A DNA stretch of 64,000 bases from Promethearchaeia archaeon (GTDB lineage: Archaea > Asgardarchaeota > Lokiarchaeia > Sigyniarchaeales > SOKP01): the NCBI GenBank assembly GCA_029856125.1, contig JAHQWJ010000014.1, forward strand, positions 96,001 through 160,000. Direction: 5' to 3'. The notes below the pieces were generated by a model. It made no database searches and had not been told where the DNA came from. It worked only from the letters and a program-made list of their open reading frames with translations. The translations under genes were made by a program, and so were the position numbers. Shown here piece by piece: positions 1 through 9,873 of the stretch (position 1 is the stretch's first letter; every line of letters starts with the position of its first letter).

Positions 1-240
1 TTCGTCATTCCATTTTACATATTTTATTAAACCTTTTAAATTTAAAGAAGGAAATGGAAGAATTACTAATGATTCTGGAATAAGACCTCTTTCTCCTGAT
101 AGAACTGTAATTGTTTTGACACTAATATGGATTCTATCTGATAGTGATATATCTCCTAACCATACAAATGGATTTGGCCCAACTTCTTCATCCAATTCGG
201 TGTATAATATTCCGTGTATTATATTCTGTTTAGCTTCCAT
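1..240 (-). CDS. Partial (runs off window start) uDENN/longin-like domain protein, paralog of the N-terminus of the 32055 Rab-like GTPase
   Basis: Not in ORF track. Manual translation MEAKQNIIHGILYTELDEEVGPNPFVWLGDISLSDRIHISVKTITVLSGERGLIPESLVILPFPSLNLKGLIKYVKWNDE aligns closely with 32055 (VIYTDIHDELGPNPIHW...KTVTILTGDQG...IIPFPALKLKGLIKY). Confidence 0.85.
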   Translation of the reverse strand, partial: MEAKQNIIHGILYTELDEEVGPNPFVWLGDISLSDRIHISVKTITVLSGERGLIPESLVILPFPSLNLKGLIKYVKWNDE

Positions 241-383
241 TGTAAGGTGTAATAGTATGATCAAAAAATTGAAAATTTCTTAATATAAGTATCGAGTAGA
301 AATATAAATATTAACGCTTTTTAGATTAAAAAAGTTTTAAGTGTGTCTGAAATACAAATAATGAAGGTTTAAAATAATAAAAT

Positions 384-671
384 TTAATCTTTTATGTTTT
401 CTAAGAGAGAAATTATCCGATAAATAGTAGTTCGCGAATGAAATGGAATATTTGCATCCTGAGATAAGTCTGTAATCATATACATTACACCACTGGCAAG
501 AACAGCGGGAGAATCATCTTCACGCTTTAATTCTTCGATCCCTTTTTGAGCTACTCGCTTAATATTTCTTGGAACGCCTCGATCATTAATCATACCAGTA
601 AGCAGATAATCAACTTTTGAAAAGGTGTCGAGAATTTCTTCGGTAAATTCTGGTCCCCTCGGCATAACCAT
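384..671 (-). CDS. UPF0147 family archaeal protein
   Basis: DxxVPRNI(K/R)R motif, DANIPFHSRTTIY C-terminal motif, ~90 aa. Confidence 0.8.
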   Translation of the reverse strand: MVMPRGPEFTEEILDTFSKVDYLLTGMINDRGVPRNIKRVAQKGIEELKREDDSPAVLASGVMYMITDLSQDANIPFHSRTTIYRIISLLENIKD

Positions 672-809
672 CTCACTTTTTAATTTAGTTTAAAAAAATA
701 ATACTAAAAAACTGTATTACTTGATTTTTTAAATATTAATTAAAATTTAATTTTTTTGATTTTCTAATATAAATAACTAGAGTAGTAGTGATAGAATAGC
801 GATAAAAAA

Positions 810-3725
810 CTAGAAAATTCCAAATTCACGGATTTTTTTTGTTAATTTTGGAATTTCTCCTTCGAATGAAGTTAATCGATTATTATATCTATCGTATATT
901 TCTCTAAACGCTAAGCTTTCAGCTTGATTCAAATCTTTAACGAAAGTATAAGATAATTCAGATATCTCTGAGAAAATATCGTTAAATTTGCCAGTAATTT
1001 CTTTTAACTTCGGTTCTACCTTTTTTCTTTGCTTTCTTAGCATATTTCTCAATTTACCTCGAGGTATTCTTATATCTTCAATTAGTTTATCACATTTATC
1101 TAAAAATAGATATGTGTTCGCTCGATTCTCTTTCGGTAATTTAGTTTCAATGATCTCTGTGCGCCAAGTATTTATTCTTCCTCTCGCAAATGTGTCAAAG
1201 TTAAGCGAAATGGAATCAATGCCCTCCCTAACTAAAAACCTTAGAAATTCAGGATCATCGCTAGGAGCTTGACCGCAAATTCCAACTTTTCTTTTGCGTT
1301 CATGGGCAGTTTTAATCAGATGACTTACAGATCTTCGAATTGATTCGCTATTTGTATTATAGTCGTAATTGTTCATAAGTGGGATCATTTTCTCGTTGTC
1401 TCTACCTACACCATATGTTAATTGAGTAAGGTCATTGCTTCCAATACTGAATCCGTCGAAATATTCGCAGAATAGATCGGCGCATATTATATTCGACGGT
1501 ATCTCAGCCATCACATAGACTTTAAGACCTTCCTGACCTCTAACTAATCCTTCGTTTTCCATTATTTCAATAATCTTTTTAGCTTCTTCTGGACTTCTAC
1601 AAAATGGAAGCATTGGAATTATGTTAGCTAATCCCCATTCTCTCGCTTTTTTAATTGCTTTCAATTCTAAAATAAATGCTTCTTGGAATTCTTCGTGAAC
1701 ATAGCGTGAACACCCCCGGAAGCCAAGCATTGGATTATTTTCCTCTCCTTCGTATATCCATCCCCCAATGAGATTTGCGTATTCATTAGTTTTAAAATCT
1801 GAAAGACGAACTACGCATTCAGCTAACTCCCCATTTGGTAAAGTTTTCCAGACTCCGGCTGCAATAGTGGCAATTCCTTCCGCTAGTTTTTCCACATAAA
1901 ATTCTTCCTTGTCTTCGTAACCAGCTGTAATTTCCCTAATCACATCAAGTGTTTTTTTCAATTTCACGATTTCCTTATTAAATGGATCTTTATGATAGAG
2001 ATCGCTTTTCTTGATGTTTTCAATTTTTTTTCTGTGATCTAGTAAAACATCATACCTCATAACTAAAGAATCAAATTCAATTAAAGCATTAGGGTGTATC
2101 CGAATCTCGTCGTTTATAATAAATTCTAACCTAGCTAACCCCGTACCATCAGGATACTTACCTGACGAAAGAGCACCTTTGGGAATTCCTAAATTAACTA
2201 AAACTTGAGTTTTGGTAGAAGGAAGTTTTGCAAATTCGATGGAATCAAAATCGTATTCTACTTCTTTAAGCCATATTCGTGGTTCACCTTGGCTACAATC
2301 AATTGTAACGCTTTCAAGACCGTCTCGTTGTTTTTCTTTAATTTTTTGTATTATGCTCTCTGCTCCTACTATTGATGCGATATTTAACTCTCGAGATACT
2401 ATAGCTGCGTGACATGTTGGTCCACCTTTTTCTGTAATAACACCTCCTAGATTCTGCATATAGGAGGTCCAATCTGGGTTTGTTTCTTCCGTAACCAGTA
2501 TATCTCCCTCTTCTAATAAGTGAGCGTCATTAATAGATTCAATTACTTTAATTTTTCCATAACCAATTCTACGACCTATGGCAGTTCCATTATTTTCTAC
2601 TAAAAAGCCATCGTTAACGAGGTTCGTAGGATCTTCTAATAAATAAAATATTTCTTCAGTATCTCCTTTTTGTGAATGAACTGTTTCAGGTCTAGCTTGA
2701 ACAATATATATTTTGCCATCGTTGCCTAAAGCCCATTCGATATCCATACGTCGACCGTAATGCTTCCGAATTTTAATAGCGTACTCTGCTAAAACTTTAA
2801 CCTCATCCTCACTCAAACAAAACCGTTTTTGTCTTTCTTTTTCCACCGGTAGAGTTATAGTTCCCCCTTTTTCCGAGTCAAAAATCATCATCTGTTCTTT
2901 TTTTACCAAAATTCTACTTATAACCTTTAGCATTGGACCGTGTTTGAAAACGATGAATTCGTCACCTGCTTCGACACCTTGTACGATGAGTTCTCCTAAG
3001 CCCCATGTTCCCCTAATCACCACTACATTTGGATTTCCCGAATCTGGATCTTCAGTAAACATAACACCTGAGGATTTTACACCTTTTAACCCCCCAGCAA
3101 TCTCTTGCACACCTACACTTAATTTAACAGTAAAATGATCGAAACCAGCTCTTTCTCTGTACATCGTTGCCCGGGTTGTGAAAATTGAGGCCATGTCTTT
3201 AAGGATGTATTCTAAAATTTGATTTTCTCCCGAAATATTTAAGTGTGTATCTTGTTGACCAGCAAAAGAGGCGTCAGGTAAATCTTCAGCTGTTGCGGAG
3301 CTTCTAATTGCAAAAGTGCTTTCACTCCCGATTCGATCCACCAAGATGTGGTATGCTTCTACTATTTCGTCAGCTAAACTATCAGGTATTTTGGCTTGTT
3401 CGATGACATAACGGATGTCAGCGCAAAATTTATCAACCTTTTGAATTGATTTTATATCCTCTTTTTTAAGTTCCTCGGTAATTTTATCAATATCTCGTTT
3501 AATGTAATTTTTTAAAGTTATCTCTTCGTTTTTAATCCTAAAATAATTAGTCTCTAAAATGTAATCGTATGCACCTGCTGTAACAGCAAATCCTAATGGT
3601 ACGGGGATTCCAAAAGAAAGAAGTTCTCCTAAAGAGGCGTTCTTTCCTCCAACAATATCCACATCACTCGATCGAACATCATCGAAAAATTTGATGTAGC
3701 GAAAGCTTGGTTTTACTTCCTTCAT
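810..3725 (-). CDS. ppsA: Phosphoenolpyruvate synthase (pyruvate, water dikinase) with C-terminal helical extension
   Basis: VGGKNASLGE, RSSATAEDLPDASFAGQQDT, phospho-His GGPTCHAAIVSRE, GLARLEF, NPMLGFRG, SIGSNDLTQ, GICGQAPS. Confidence 0.95.
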   Translation of the reverse strand: MKEVKPSFRYIKFFDDVRSSDVDIVGGKNASLGELLSFGIPVPLGFAVTAGAYDYILETNYFRIKNEEITLKNYIKRDIDKITEELKKEDIKSIQKVDKFCADIRYVIEQAKIPDSLADEIVEAYHILVDRIGSESTFAIRSSATAEDLPDASFAGQQDTHLNISGENQILEYILKDMASIFTTRATMYRERAGFDHFTVKLSVGVQEIAGGLKGVKSSGVMFTEDPDSGNPNVVVIRGTWGLGELIVQGVEAGDEFIVFKHGPMLKVISRILVKKEQMMIFDSEKGGTITLPVEKERQKRFCLSEDEVKVLAEYAIKIRKHYGRRMDIEWALGNDGKIYIVQARPETVHSQKGDTEEIFYLLEDPTNLVNDGFLVENNGTAIGRRIGYGKIKVIESINDAHLLEEGDILVTEETNPDWTSYMQNLGGVITEKGGPTCHAAIVSRELNIASIVGAESIIQKIKEKQRDGLESVTIDCSQGEPRIWLKEVEYDFDSIEFAKLPSTKTQVLVNLGIPKGALSSGKYPDGTGLARLEFIINDEIRIHPNALIEFDSLVMRYDVLLDHRKKIENIKKSDLYHKDPFNKEIVKLKKTLDVIREITAGYEDKEEFYVEKLAEGIATIAAGVWKTLPNGELAECVVRLSDFKTNEYANLIGGWIYEGEENNPMLGFRGCSRYVHEEFQEAFILELKAIKKAREWGLANIIPMLPFCRSPEEAKKIIEIMENEGLVRGQEGLKVYVMAEIPSNIICADLFCEYFDGFSIGSNDLTQLTYGVGRDNEKMIPLMNNYDYNTNSESIRRSVSHLIKTAHERKRKVGICGQAPSDDPEFLRFLVREGIDSISLNFDTFARGRINTWRTEIIETKLPKENRANTYLFLDKCDKLIEDIRIPRGKLRNMLRKQRKKVEPKLKEITGKFNDIFSEISELSYTFVKDLNQAESLAFREIYDRYNNRLTSFEGEIPKLTKKIREFGIF

Positions 3726-4007
3726 CGTATAATCACTAAAAATTTATTTTCTATTATTTTTCTATTACTTTTTTTTTAAGTTTTTGATGCTTAATAAAAT
3801 TGTCAATTATCAGATGCATATAATCCTCTCTTCCCATCCTTAAAAAGATTCCATACCAATCAAGTATTAATTTTAAAATATATTTTAGCAATTAGATATA
3901 ATTAGACACAATTGTAAAACTTATATATCACTATTTCTTGTTATTAATTACTTCGAAATTCGAAATTAAATTTACTAATGGAATTAATAATGAGGTGAAT
4001 GTGAAAA

Positions 4008-4331
4008 CTGCCGTATCTTTTTACAACATCTTCTTACCCGACCGATTTAAGAGATGAAGTAGTCGAAGCTTATTTTAAAATGTTAAAAGAAATGCCTTTT
4101 GATAGATCTCTCGGAAAAGAAACAATACAGGTAGCAGTTACAACAAATCCTAAGGGAGTAAAGTCGCTAAGTATTGCGAATGTAAAAGAGGATAAACTTA
4201 CGGAAGCCATATTATGGACTTATAGAAGGATGACCTATTTTCAGCTTATCAAGGGATTTGAGTATAAAATTCGAGTGTGGACTAGTATAGTAGAAGCCTT
4301 AGAAAGCATCAATCGAAAGTTACCAGAGTAA
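4008..4331 (+). CDS. Small conserved hypothetical protein, probably starting at CTG 4008 rather than ATG 4080
   Basis: Frame open from 4005 after TGA 4002; GAGGTGA at 3992-3998; extended N-terminus (L/M)PYLFTTSSYPTDLRDEVVEAYFKM reads as ordinary coding sequence. Confidence 0.6.
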   Translation: MPYLFTTSSYPTDLRDEVVEAYFKMLKEMPFDRSLGKETIQVAVTTNPKGVKSLSIANVKEDKLTEAILWTYRRMTYFQLIKGFEYKIRVWTSIVEALESINRKLPE

Positions 4332-4379
4332 TAAAATAATTTTTTTTTCTTTTTATTCTATTTTAATAAAATTTGTGTT

Positions 4380-4904
4380 TTACTTCAAATTTAATTCCTT
4401 ATTGAAGACTTCATAGTCAGAGTTGGTATATAAACAAAAAATAACTTCCTTTATTTGAGATTCTCTAGCTAAGTATTTTTTTGCTGTGAAGATCATTATC
4501 TTTGCACATCTGTCGATGGGATATCCAAAAATTCCCGTTGATATCGCTGGAAACGCAATGGTCTTCAGTTCGTGTTCGTCCATCAATCTGAGGCTATTTA
4601 AAACAGCGTTGGTTAGTTTAGAATCTTCATCGCCTTCACCCATACGAGGTCCAACAGCATGAATAACATGTTTAGCTTTTAAATTCCCTCCTGTTGTAAT
4701 AGCAGCACCGCCAACGAAAGTCCCTCCAATTTCATTGCATTCTTCTTGAATTTTTGGACCTCCTTTTCGTCTAATCGCACCCGCTACTCCTCCACCGAGG
4801 ATTAATTGAACATTCGCGGCGTTGACTATAACATCGGTGTCTAAGTCTGTTATATCTCCTTGGACTATTTTGATTAAACAATTTTTAACAGATATAGTAT
4901 CCAT
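4380..4904 (-). CDS. Macro domain protein (O-acetyl-ADP-ribose deacetylase / ADP-ribosylhydrolase, YmdB-like)
   Basis: GDIT, IVNAAN, GGGVAGAI, VIHAVGP, AFPAISTGIFGYP. Confidence 0.93.
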   Translation of the reverse strand: MDTISVKNCLIKIVQGDITDLDTDVIVNAANVQLILGGGVAGAIRRKGGPKIQEECNEIGGTFVGGAAITTGGNLKAKHVIHAVGPRMGEGDEDSKLTNAVLNSLRLMDEHELKTIAFPAISTGIFGYPIDRCAKIMIFTAKKYLARESQIKEVIFCLYTNSDYEVFNKELNLK

Positions 4905-4962
4905 TTTATTCGATATGTATTATTTAATTCCGAAAATAAAATATAATAATAAAAAAAGAAAA

Positions 4963-5703
4963 TTATTCTGGTTGAGGTTCTTGCCCTTTCTTTAAAATCT
5001 CGTCAAGTTGAGAGCGATCTTCATCGCTCATTTTCGACATCGCTTCCATGTTTTGCTTCATTAGATCCATCATTACTTTCTGAGAAATTAATTGAGTTAA
5101 AACAGGTAAGGCAATTCTCATGCGAGTTAGTTCGTAAAACATTTGTTTTGCTGTATTTCTCATGTCCTTTAAGTCTTCTTTAGTCATCCCTTCTTCGCCT
5201 ACTCCCGGGCAATCTACGTCGACAACAGTGTAATTTTTTCCATCAAATTCTAATGGATAAGTTCTGCAACTCAGAGGGCGGTTATCATATACTAGACATT
5301 CTTTGTTCTCTTTGTTATAGAGGGGACACTTGACATCTAGTAGCTCTTCAATTGGTATTCCACCAAATGGATCCCGTGGTTTTTCTTCGTCACCTTCTTT
5401 TGGAGGCGGTGGTAAGGGTTTTAAGATCAAATCAATTCCTCCATTTGGTTTATTATATACATCTAAATATGGTAAAAAATTAGCAACTACACCATTTTTG
5501 GCCCATAATTCAAGATCCCAAAAGGTTATAGGTATTGGTCCACGAGATAGACAACATTTATCGGTTCGAGTACACCTAAATGTAAATTTTGCTTTTGGTT
5601 CTTCAGCATCGGTCTTGATCTCAACTTCCTCTTGTTCTTCCTCTTTTTTCTGGTCTTCTTCTTTTACTTCCGGTTTTTCATCATTTTTATTATTTTCAAC
5701 CAT
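4963..5703 (-). CDS. YkgJ family cysteine-cluster protein
   Basis: FxCxxxxxCC ... CPLY ... CLVYDNRPLSCRTYP ... CPG. Confidence 0.85.
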   Translation of the reverse strand: MVENNKNDEKPEVKEEDQKKEEEQEEVEIKTDAEEPKAKFTFRCTRTDKCCLSRGPIPITFWDLELWAKNGVVANFLPYLDVYNKPNGGIDLILKPLPPPPKEGDEEKPRDPFGGIPIEELLDVKCPLYNKENKECLVYDNRPLSCRTYPLEFDGKNYTVVDVDCPGVGEEGMTKEDLKDMRNTAKQMFYELTRMRIALPVLTQLISQKVMMDLMKQNMEAMSKMSDEDRSQLDEILKKGQEPQPE

Positions 5704-5847
5704 AATTCAACACTAACAAAAGTTTGATAAATTAATTGCTTTTCGATCTAAAGAATTAACCATTGAAAAAAAATTTTCTTTTTTGTTTCATTTAATGGTT
5801 CAATAAAAATATATTAAAGAATCGTTTTCCTACTTATCTTAATATAA

Positions 5848-6063
5848 TCCTCTATTTTTTACCTTTACAAAGGAAACCCTGTAAAATATAGTAAAGGGAT
5901 GCTACCTCAAACTGACAATCTCCTTGAGAGAGCAATTAATATTAGTGTTGGGGTGTCTGATGCAGGATTAGGCTCAGCATTTGGTGTTAGAATCAATAGT
6001 TCTAAAGAAGAAATTGAAACTACCGAACAAACTCTCTTAAAATTGATTCGGGAATGTATTTAA
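5848..6063 (+). pseudogene. Remnant C-terminal fragment, resembling a DegT/DnrJ/EryC1/StrS PLP-dependent aminotransferase
   Basis: Open frame ...YKGNPVKYSKGMLPQTDNLLERAINISVGVSDAGLGSAFGVRINSSKEEIE...* preceded by stop at 5845; resembles the family's C-terminal end with no upstream body. Confidence 0.5.
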
Positions 6064-6230
6064 TTATAAAAAATTCAATCTCCTTTTCAATTCATTCTAA
6101 TTACCTATTTAAAGGAAGTCTGAAATGAAATAAACAAATAATTATAAATATCATTAATTTTTACATTTTTTATTACGTATACTATGAACTTATTCTAGAT
6201 TCAAATTATCAGTATTAGGACAATATTACT

Positions 6231-7292
6231 ATGAAAACCTTGATCACCAATAAATATCTAATGTGGCTGATTTTATCCATTTTACTTATTATTAGCTTTT
6301 TTCTTGTCATGTTTTTATTTATTTCGACTTTAGAAGTGACCATCATTATCCTTGTAGCGTTGATTGTCTTTTTTTGCATTCAAGTTCTTCTACTTTTAAA
6401 TTTTGTTGGCAATAGATTAGAAAATCGATTGAAGATTGGAATGCTCATTACGCACTCCTTGAATTTATTATTTGCTATTGTTATTGGTTTTTCTATTACG
6501 GTAATGGAATCTGATTTCAAAAATAATTTTGGGATAGTTATGATTCCTTTACTTCTACTGTTTAGTCTCGTTATAACTGATAAATATGATAGAGATACAA
6601 AGGATCTTAACAATGTGCAAGAGGAGAAGTCAATAGAAAAATCAACCAGACCAGTTATAGAATTTGAAAACAAAAAGTACGTCTTTTCTTTGAATTCTTT
6701 AATATTATTAGGAGTTGGCACGCCTCTTTTAGCAGTAGCTATTTATTTTTTCTTTGATGTTGAAGCTCAATTTTGGCTCCATGAGGTCGTTGTGAAACAA
6801 ACGGTATATTTCCTTAATTTATTTTTTGATATGGATGTATCTACGAGCTACGTACCAAGTGGAAAATATCATTGGAGTTTTAATTTTGTTGGGAATATTG
6901 ATGGAGCCCCGTTGGGTAGTATATTTTTTGAGACTTTTTGTACAGGCATTCAAGCGATTTGTGTATTCGCAGGTATAATCATATGCACTCCTCACTCCCA
7001 AGATAAACAAACCAACAAAGACATAATTTGGAGAAAAACTAAAGCACTAATTGTATCATCAATTATTTTCTATGTAGTTAATGTCATTCGAATGTTGATT
7101 CAAATTGAACTATATTATCTTGGATACCCTTGGGATAGCATCCACGTTTCGATCAGCGCAGCAAGTTCTTTCATAGCAGCTATTATTATTCTCCTGCTTC
7201 ATAAATGGATACCCGAATTCATTATTAGCATCATATATACAGGCACTTTAATTAGCAAAAAACTTAAACACGTGAGAAAGCCCAAAGAATAG
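6231..7292 (+). CDS. Archaeosortase/exosortase family protein with extra N-terminal 4-TM module
   Basis: Catalytic-type Cys (FETFCTGIQ), Arg (NVIRM), His (WDSIH); multi-TM. Confidence 0.85.
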   Translation: MKTLITNKYLMWLILSILLIISFFLVMFLFISTLEVTIIILVALIVFFCIQVLLLLNFVGNRLENRLKIGMLITHSLNLLFAIVIGFSITVMESDFKNNFGIVMIPLLLLFSLVITDKYDRDTKDLNNVQEEKSIEKSTRPVIEFENKKYVFSLNSLILLGVGTPLLAVAIYFFFDVEAQFWLHEVVVKQTVYFLNLFFDMDVSTSYVPSGKYHWSFNFVGNIDGAPLGSIFFETFCTGIQAICVFAGIIICTPHSQDKQTNKDIIWRKTKALIVSSIIFYVVNVIRMLIQIELYYLGYPWDSIHVSISAASSFIAAIIILLLHKWIPEFIISIIYTGTLISKKLKHVRKPKE

Positions 7293-7355
7293 TAATAAAA
7301 TTTTTAAACATACCAATTGTTCAATTCTTAAATAACTAAAAAGTTAGAGATCATT

Positions 7356-8258
7356 ATGCTTAATTTTGAGAAAGAACAAACAGTAGCCAAAATCGATAAT
7401 GTATCCGTCGGAGGTCAACCCGGTGAGAATCCAGTTGTAATGGTTGCCACCGTTTTTTACACTAACCACGCCGCCTTACTCGATGAGAAAACCGGAAAAA
7501 TAGATAAAAAACTCGTCGAACAAGAATTAAACGAATACTCAGAAATTGTTGAAGAAACTGGAATGCAAGGAATAATAGACGTGGTTGGAGGGTATCCCGA
7601 GGCATTGCTAAAAGAGTGCGAATTTATTGCTGACATTGTAGATTATCCGTTTTTAGTTGATGGGTTAAACGATAGTTCCCGAATTCCCGCAATGGAGGGT
7701 TTAAAAGACATAGGATTGTTGGATAGAGCCATCCTAAACAGTATTGATGAGGCCACCAGCGAAGAAAGTTTAATAAAGTTAAAAGAAATTGGTGTGAAAC
7801 ATGCCGTGTTGTTAACTTTCGGAAATAGGTATATTTTTCCTCAGAAAAAAATCGATTTTTTAAAAAATACATTAATTAAAAAAGCTCAAAGCGCTAATAT
7901 AGAAAATTTACTAGTTGACACTGCAGTTTTAGATTTACCATCAATTGGAATAAATGTTGAGACAACAAGGTTAGTAAAATCAGAGCTGGGGTTACCCACC
8001 GGATTCGCACCTGCCAACGCAATTTATGGTTGGAATTTTGTTAAAAAATACGGTGACAAAGCGAGATGTGGTGGCATTGCTTCTTTGATGGCTTACTGTG
8101 TCAATGCAGGGAGTGATTTTGTGTTATTTGGCCCAGTTAAATTTGCAAAATGTATTATTCCCTCGATATCCCTGATTTCTGGTATTAATTCTTATTATCG
8201 AAAGCGGGTTTTAAGAAAAGAAATATCCGACCGGACTCCGTTAAAGCACATCTTTTAA
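7356..8258 (+). CDS. mtrH: Tetrahydromethanopterin S-methyltransferase subunit H family methyltransferase
   Basis: FEKEQ...GGQPGENPVV, PFLVDG, LNSI, LVDTAVLD, GLPTGFAPANA, GSDFVLFGP. Confidence 0.88.
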   Translation: MLNFEKEQTVAKIDNVSVGGQPGENPVVMVATVFYTNHAALLDEKTGKIDKKLVEQELNEYSEIVEETGMQGIIDVVGGYPEALLKECEFIADIVDYPFLVDGLNDSSRIPAMEGLKDIGLLDRAILNSIDEATSEESLIKLKEIGVKHAVLLTFGNRYIFPQKKIDFLKNTLIKKAQSANIENLLVDTAVLDLPSIGINVETTRLVKSELGLPTGFAPANAIYGWNFVKKYGDKARCGGIASLMAYCVNAGSDFVLFGPVKFAKCIIPSISLISGINSYYRKRVLRKEISDRTPLKHIF

Positions 8259-8276
8259 AGTATTTCTTCTAAGATA

Positions 8277-9794
8277 TTAAGAAATGTACCTTAATAATAA
8301 ATCTTGCGTGCGATTAAGAAAATCTTGGAGATTTTGGTTTATGATATCTTTTTTACTCTCGTCACCAATTAAAAAGAGGATATATAACTCATAATTTACG
8401 ATTTCTACTCGCTTTAACAAGATTACAGAGTCTGAAACTCTAAAGATTGCTTCTTCTTTCGCAGATGTTTTAAATTTGTAAAAAATCTTGAATAATGTAG
8501 TAAATTGAGGGGCAACGACCTCAAATACATTTAGTAATTCTTCAGATTTTTCCATTTGAGTAATTTTCATTGCTTCGGGGGTGAAGTGCTCTGCTAATAC
8601 TAAACCGTCGCTACTCAGAAGAAGTATTAATGATGAGCTTGTGAGCGACGAAAACTCGCTAAGATTTTGCTCAATCAGATTTCTATTCGGGCTCAATTTT
8701 GCAATACCAGATGAAAAAGCTCTCAAAATTGAAAAGATTTTGAACATACTCGTTACATAAATTTCAGGTTTTATGTTAGAAGATAAATTTATTAATTTTT
8801 TCTTAAGGTTTTTAATATTAGATTGGATTTTAACAGAGTCGATAATGTCGGGATCTCCTTTCGAAAATATATAAATTATTGGCGTTTTCTGTTCCAAATC
8901 CTGCAAGGCCTTTCTAATATTCTTAAGATATTCAATACTTTCGCTGAACCTCTCTTCATCTCTTATATCGATAAAATAAAAGAGCAAATCCGCTTCAAAT
9001 AGATAAATTTGGGCTTTATTAAGGTTAAGGTATCTTTCATGATATTTTTTTTGTCCACCTAAGTCCCACAAAAAGATGGTTGTTCCGAGAGCTTCTATCG
9101 AGCTTACAACTGCTCCCAATGTGGGTTTTAATCCTATTAATTTAGAGAATTTTCTATCAACAGATAATATAAAACTTGTTTTTCCACTATTATCAAGACC
9201 TGAAAGAATAATTTTCATTTTTCTTTGTGTTGTTATTGGTGTTGAGGGAGTTTGTTCGATGTTAATAATTTTTTGTAAGAGTTTTTTAAAATCTCTAACA
9301 ACCTGTTCTTGAGGTAATAGCTCATCAGTAATCTTTTTATCAAATTCAGAAAAAAAATCTGTAATTATATTTTTTAACCTGTTTATGTTATTGTATAAAA
9401 AGCTCCTTTTTTTTTCATCAATTAATATACAAAAGGCACTTGCCAATGGTATTTCTGAAAATTTAGCGTCAATAAAATGAAAATAACTAAGAGAAGTTAA
9501 ATGGAAATCTGGAAATGGCATGATTCCAAAATGTTGGTACTTCATCAATACTTCATGCTCTTGTTTAAATATATTTCCATTCCCTAATAGTAAAGTGATG
9601 TTTTTAATCGCAATCTGAGTGTAATCTCTTGAAGTAATTCCAAGTTTACTTTCCTCTCCTTTTTCTGAATTTGCTTTTTTCAGTTGGTCCTCATCAATAG
9701 GATCTGGAAACATATAAATAGGTTGAGGACCGAATTTATCGAAGGCAGAGAATAATAAACCTTTGATTACAGACGATTCAATTAATTTATCCAT
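8277..9794 (-). CDS. uDENN/longin-like + Arf/Rag-like small GTPase + roadblock-like fusion protein
   Basis: N-term FSAFDKFGPQP/IMPFP; G1 GLDNSGKT, G2 PTLG, G3 WDLGGQ, G4 SKGD, G5 TSM; C-term LILLLSSDGLVLA roadblock-like. Confidence 0.85.
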   Translation of the reverse strand: MDKLIESSVIKGLLFSAFDKFGPQPIYMFPDPIDEDQLKKANSEKGEESKLGITSRDYTQIAIKNITLLLGNGNIFKQEHEVLMKYQHFGIMPFPDFHLTSLSYFHFIDAKFSEIPLASAFCILIDEKKRSFLYNNINRLKNIITDFFSEFDKKITDELLPQEQVVRDFKKLLQKIINIEQTPSTPITTQRKMKIILSGLDNSGKTSFILSVDRKFSKLIGLKPTLGAVVSSIEALGTTIFLWDLGGQKKYHERYLNLNKAQIYLFEADLLFYFIDIRDEERFSESIEYLKNIRKALQDLEQKTPIIYIFSKGDPDIIDSVKIQSNIKNLKKKLINLSSNIKPEIYVTSMFKIFSILRAFSSGIAKLSPNRNLIEQNLSEFSSLTSSSLILLLSSDGLVLAEHFTPEAMKITQMEKSEELLNVFEVVAPQFTTLFKIFYKFKTSAKEEAIFRVSDSVILLKRVEIVNYELYILFLIGDESKKDIINQNLQDFLNRTQDLLLRYIS

Positions 9795-9873
9795 TAGTCG
9801 GAGTTTCTTGTATTATTTTCTAATAATAAATGGTAGGAAATTTAATTATATATAGCTTTATTCTCTAATATTA

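Noticed and set aside
3999-4004. In-frame ATG-TGA just before the CTG start, as possible Sec or read-through
   Set aside because: ATG abuts the SD with no spacer and there is no redox-motif context; CTG start or a nonsense mutation are simpler explanations
7356-8258. mtrH as evidence for methanogenesis
   Set aside because: No other mtr or mcr subunits in the window; stand-alone MtrH-family methyltransferases occur in non-methanogens
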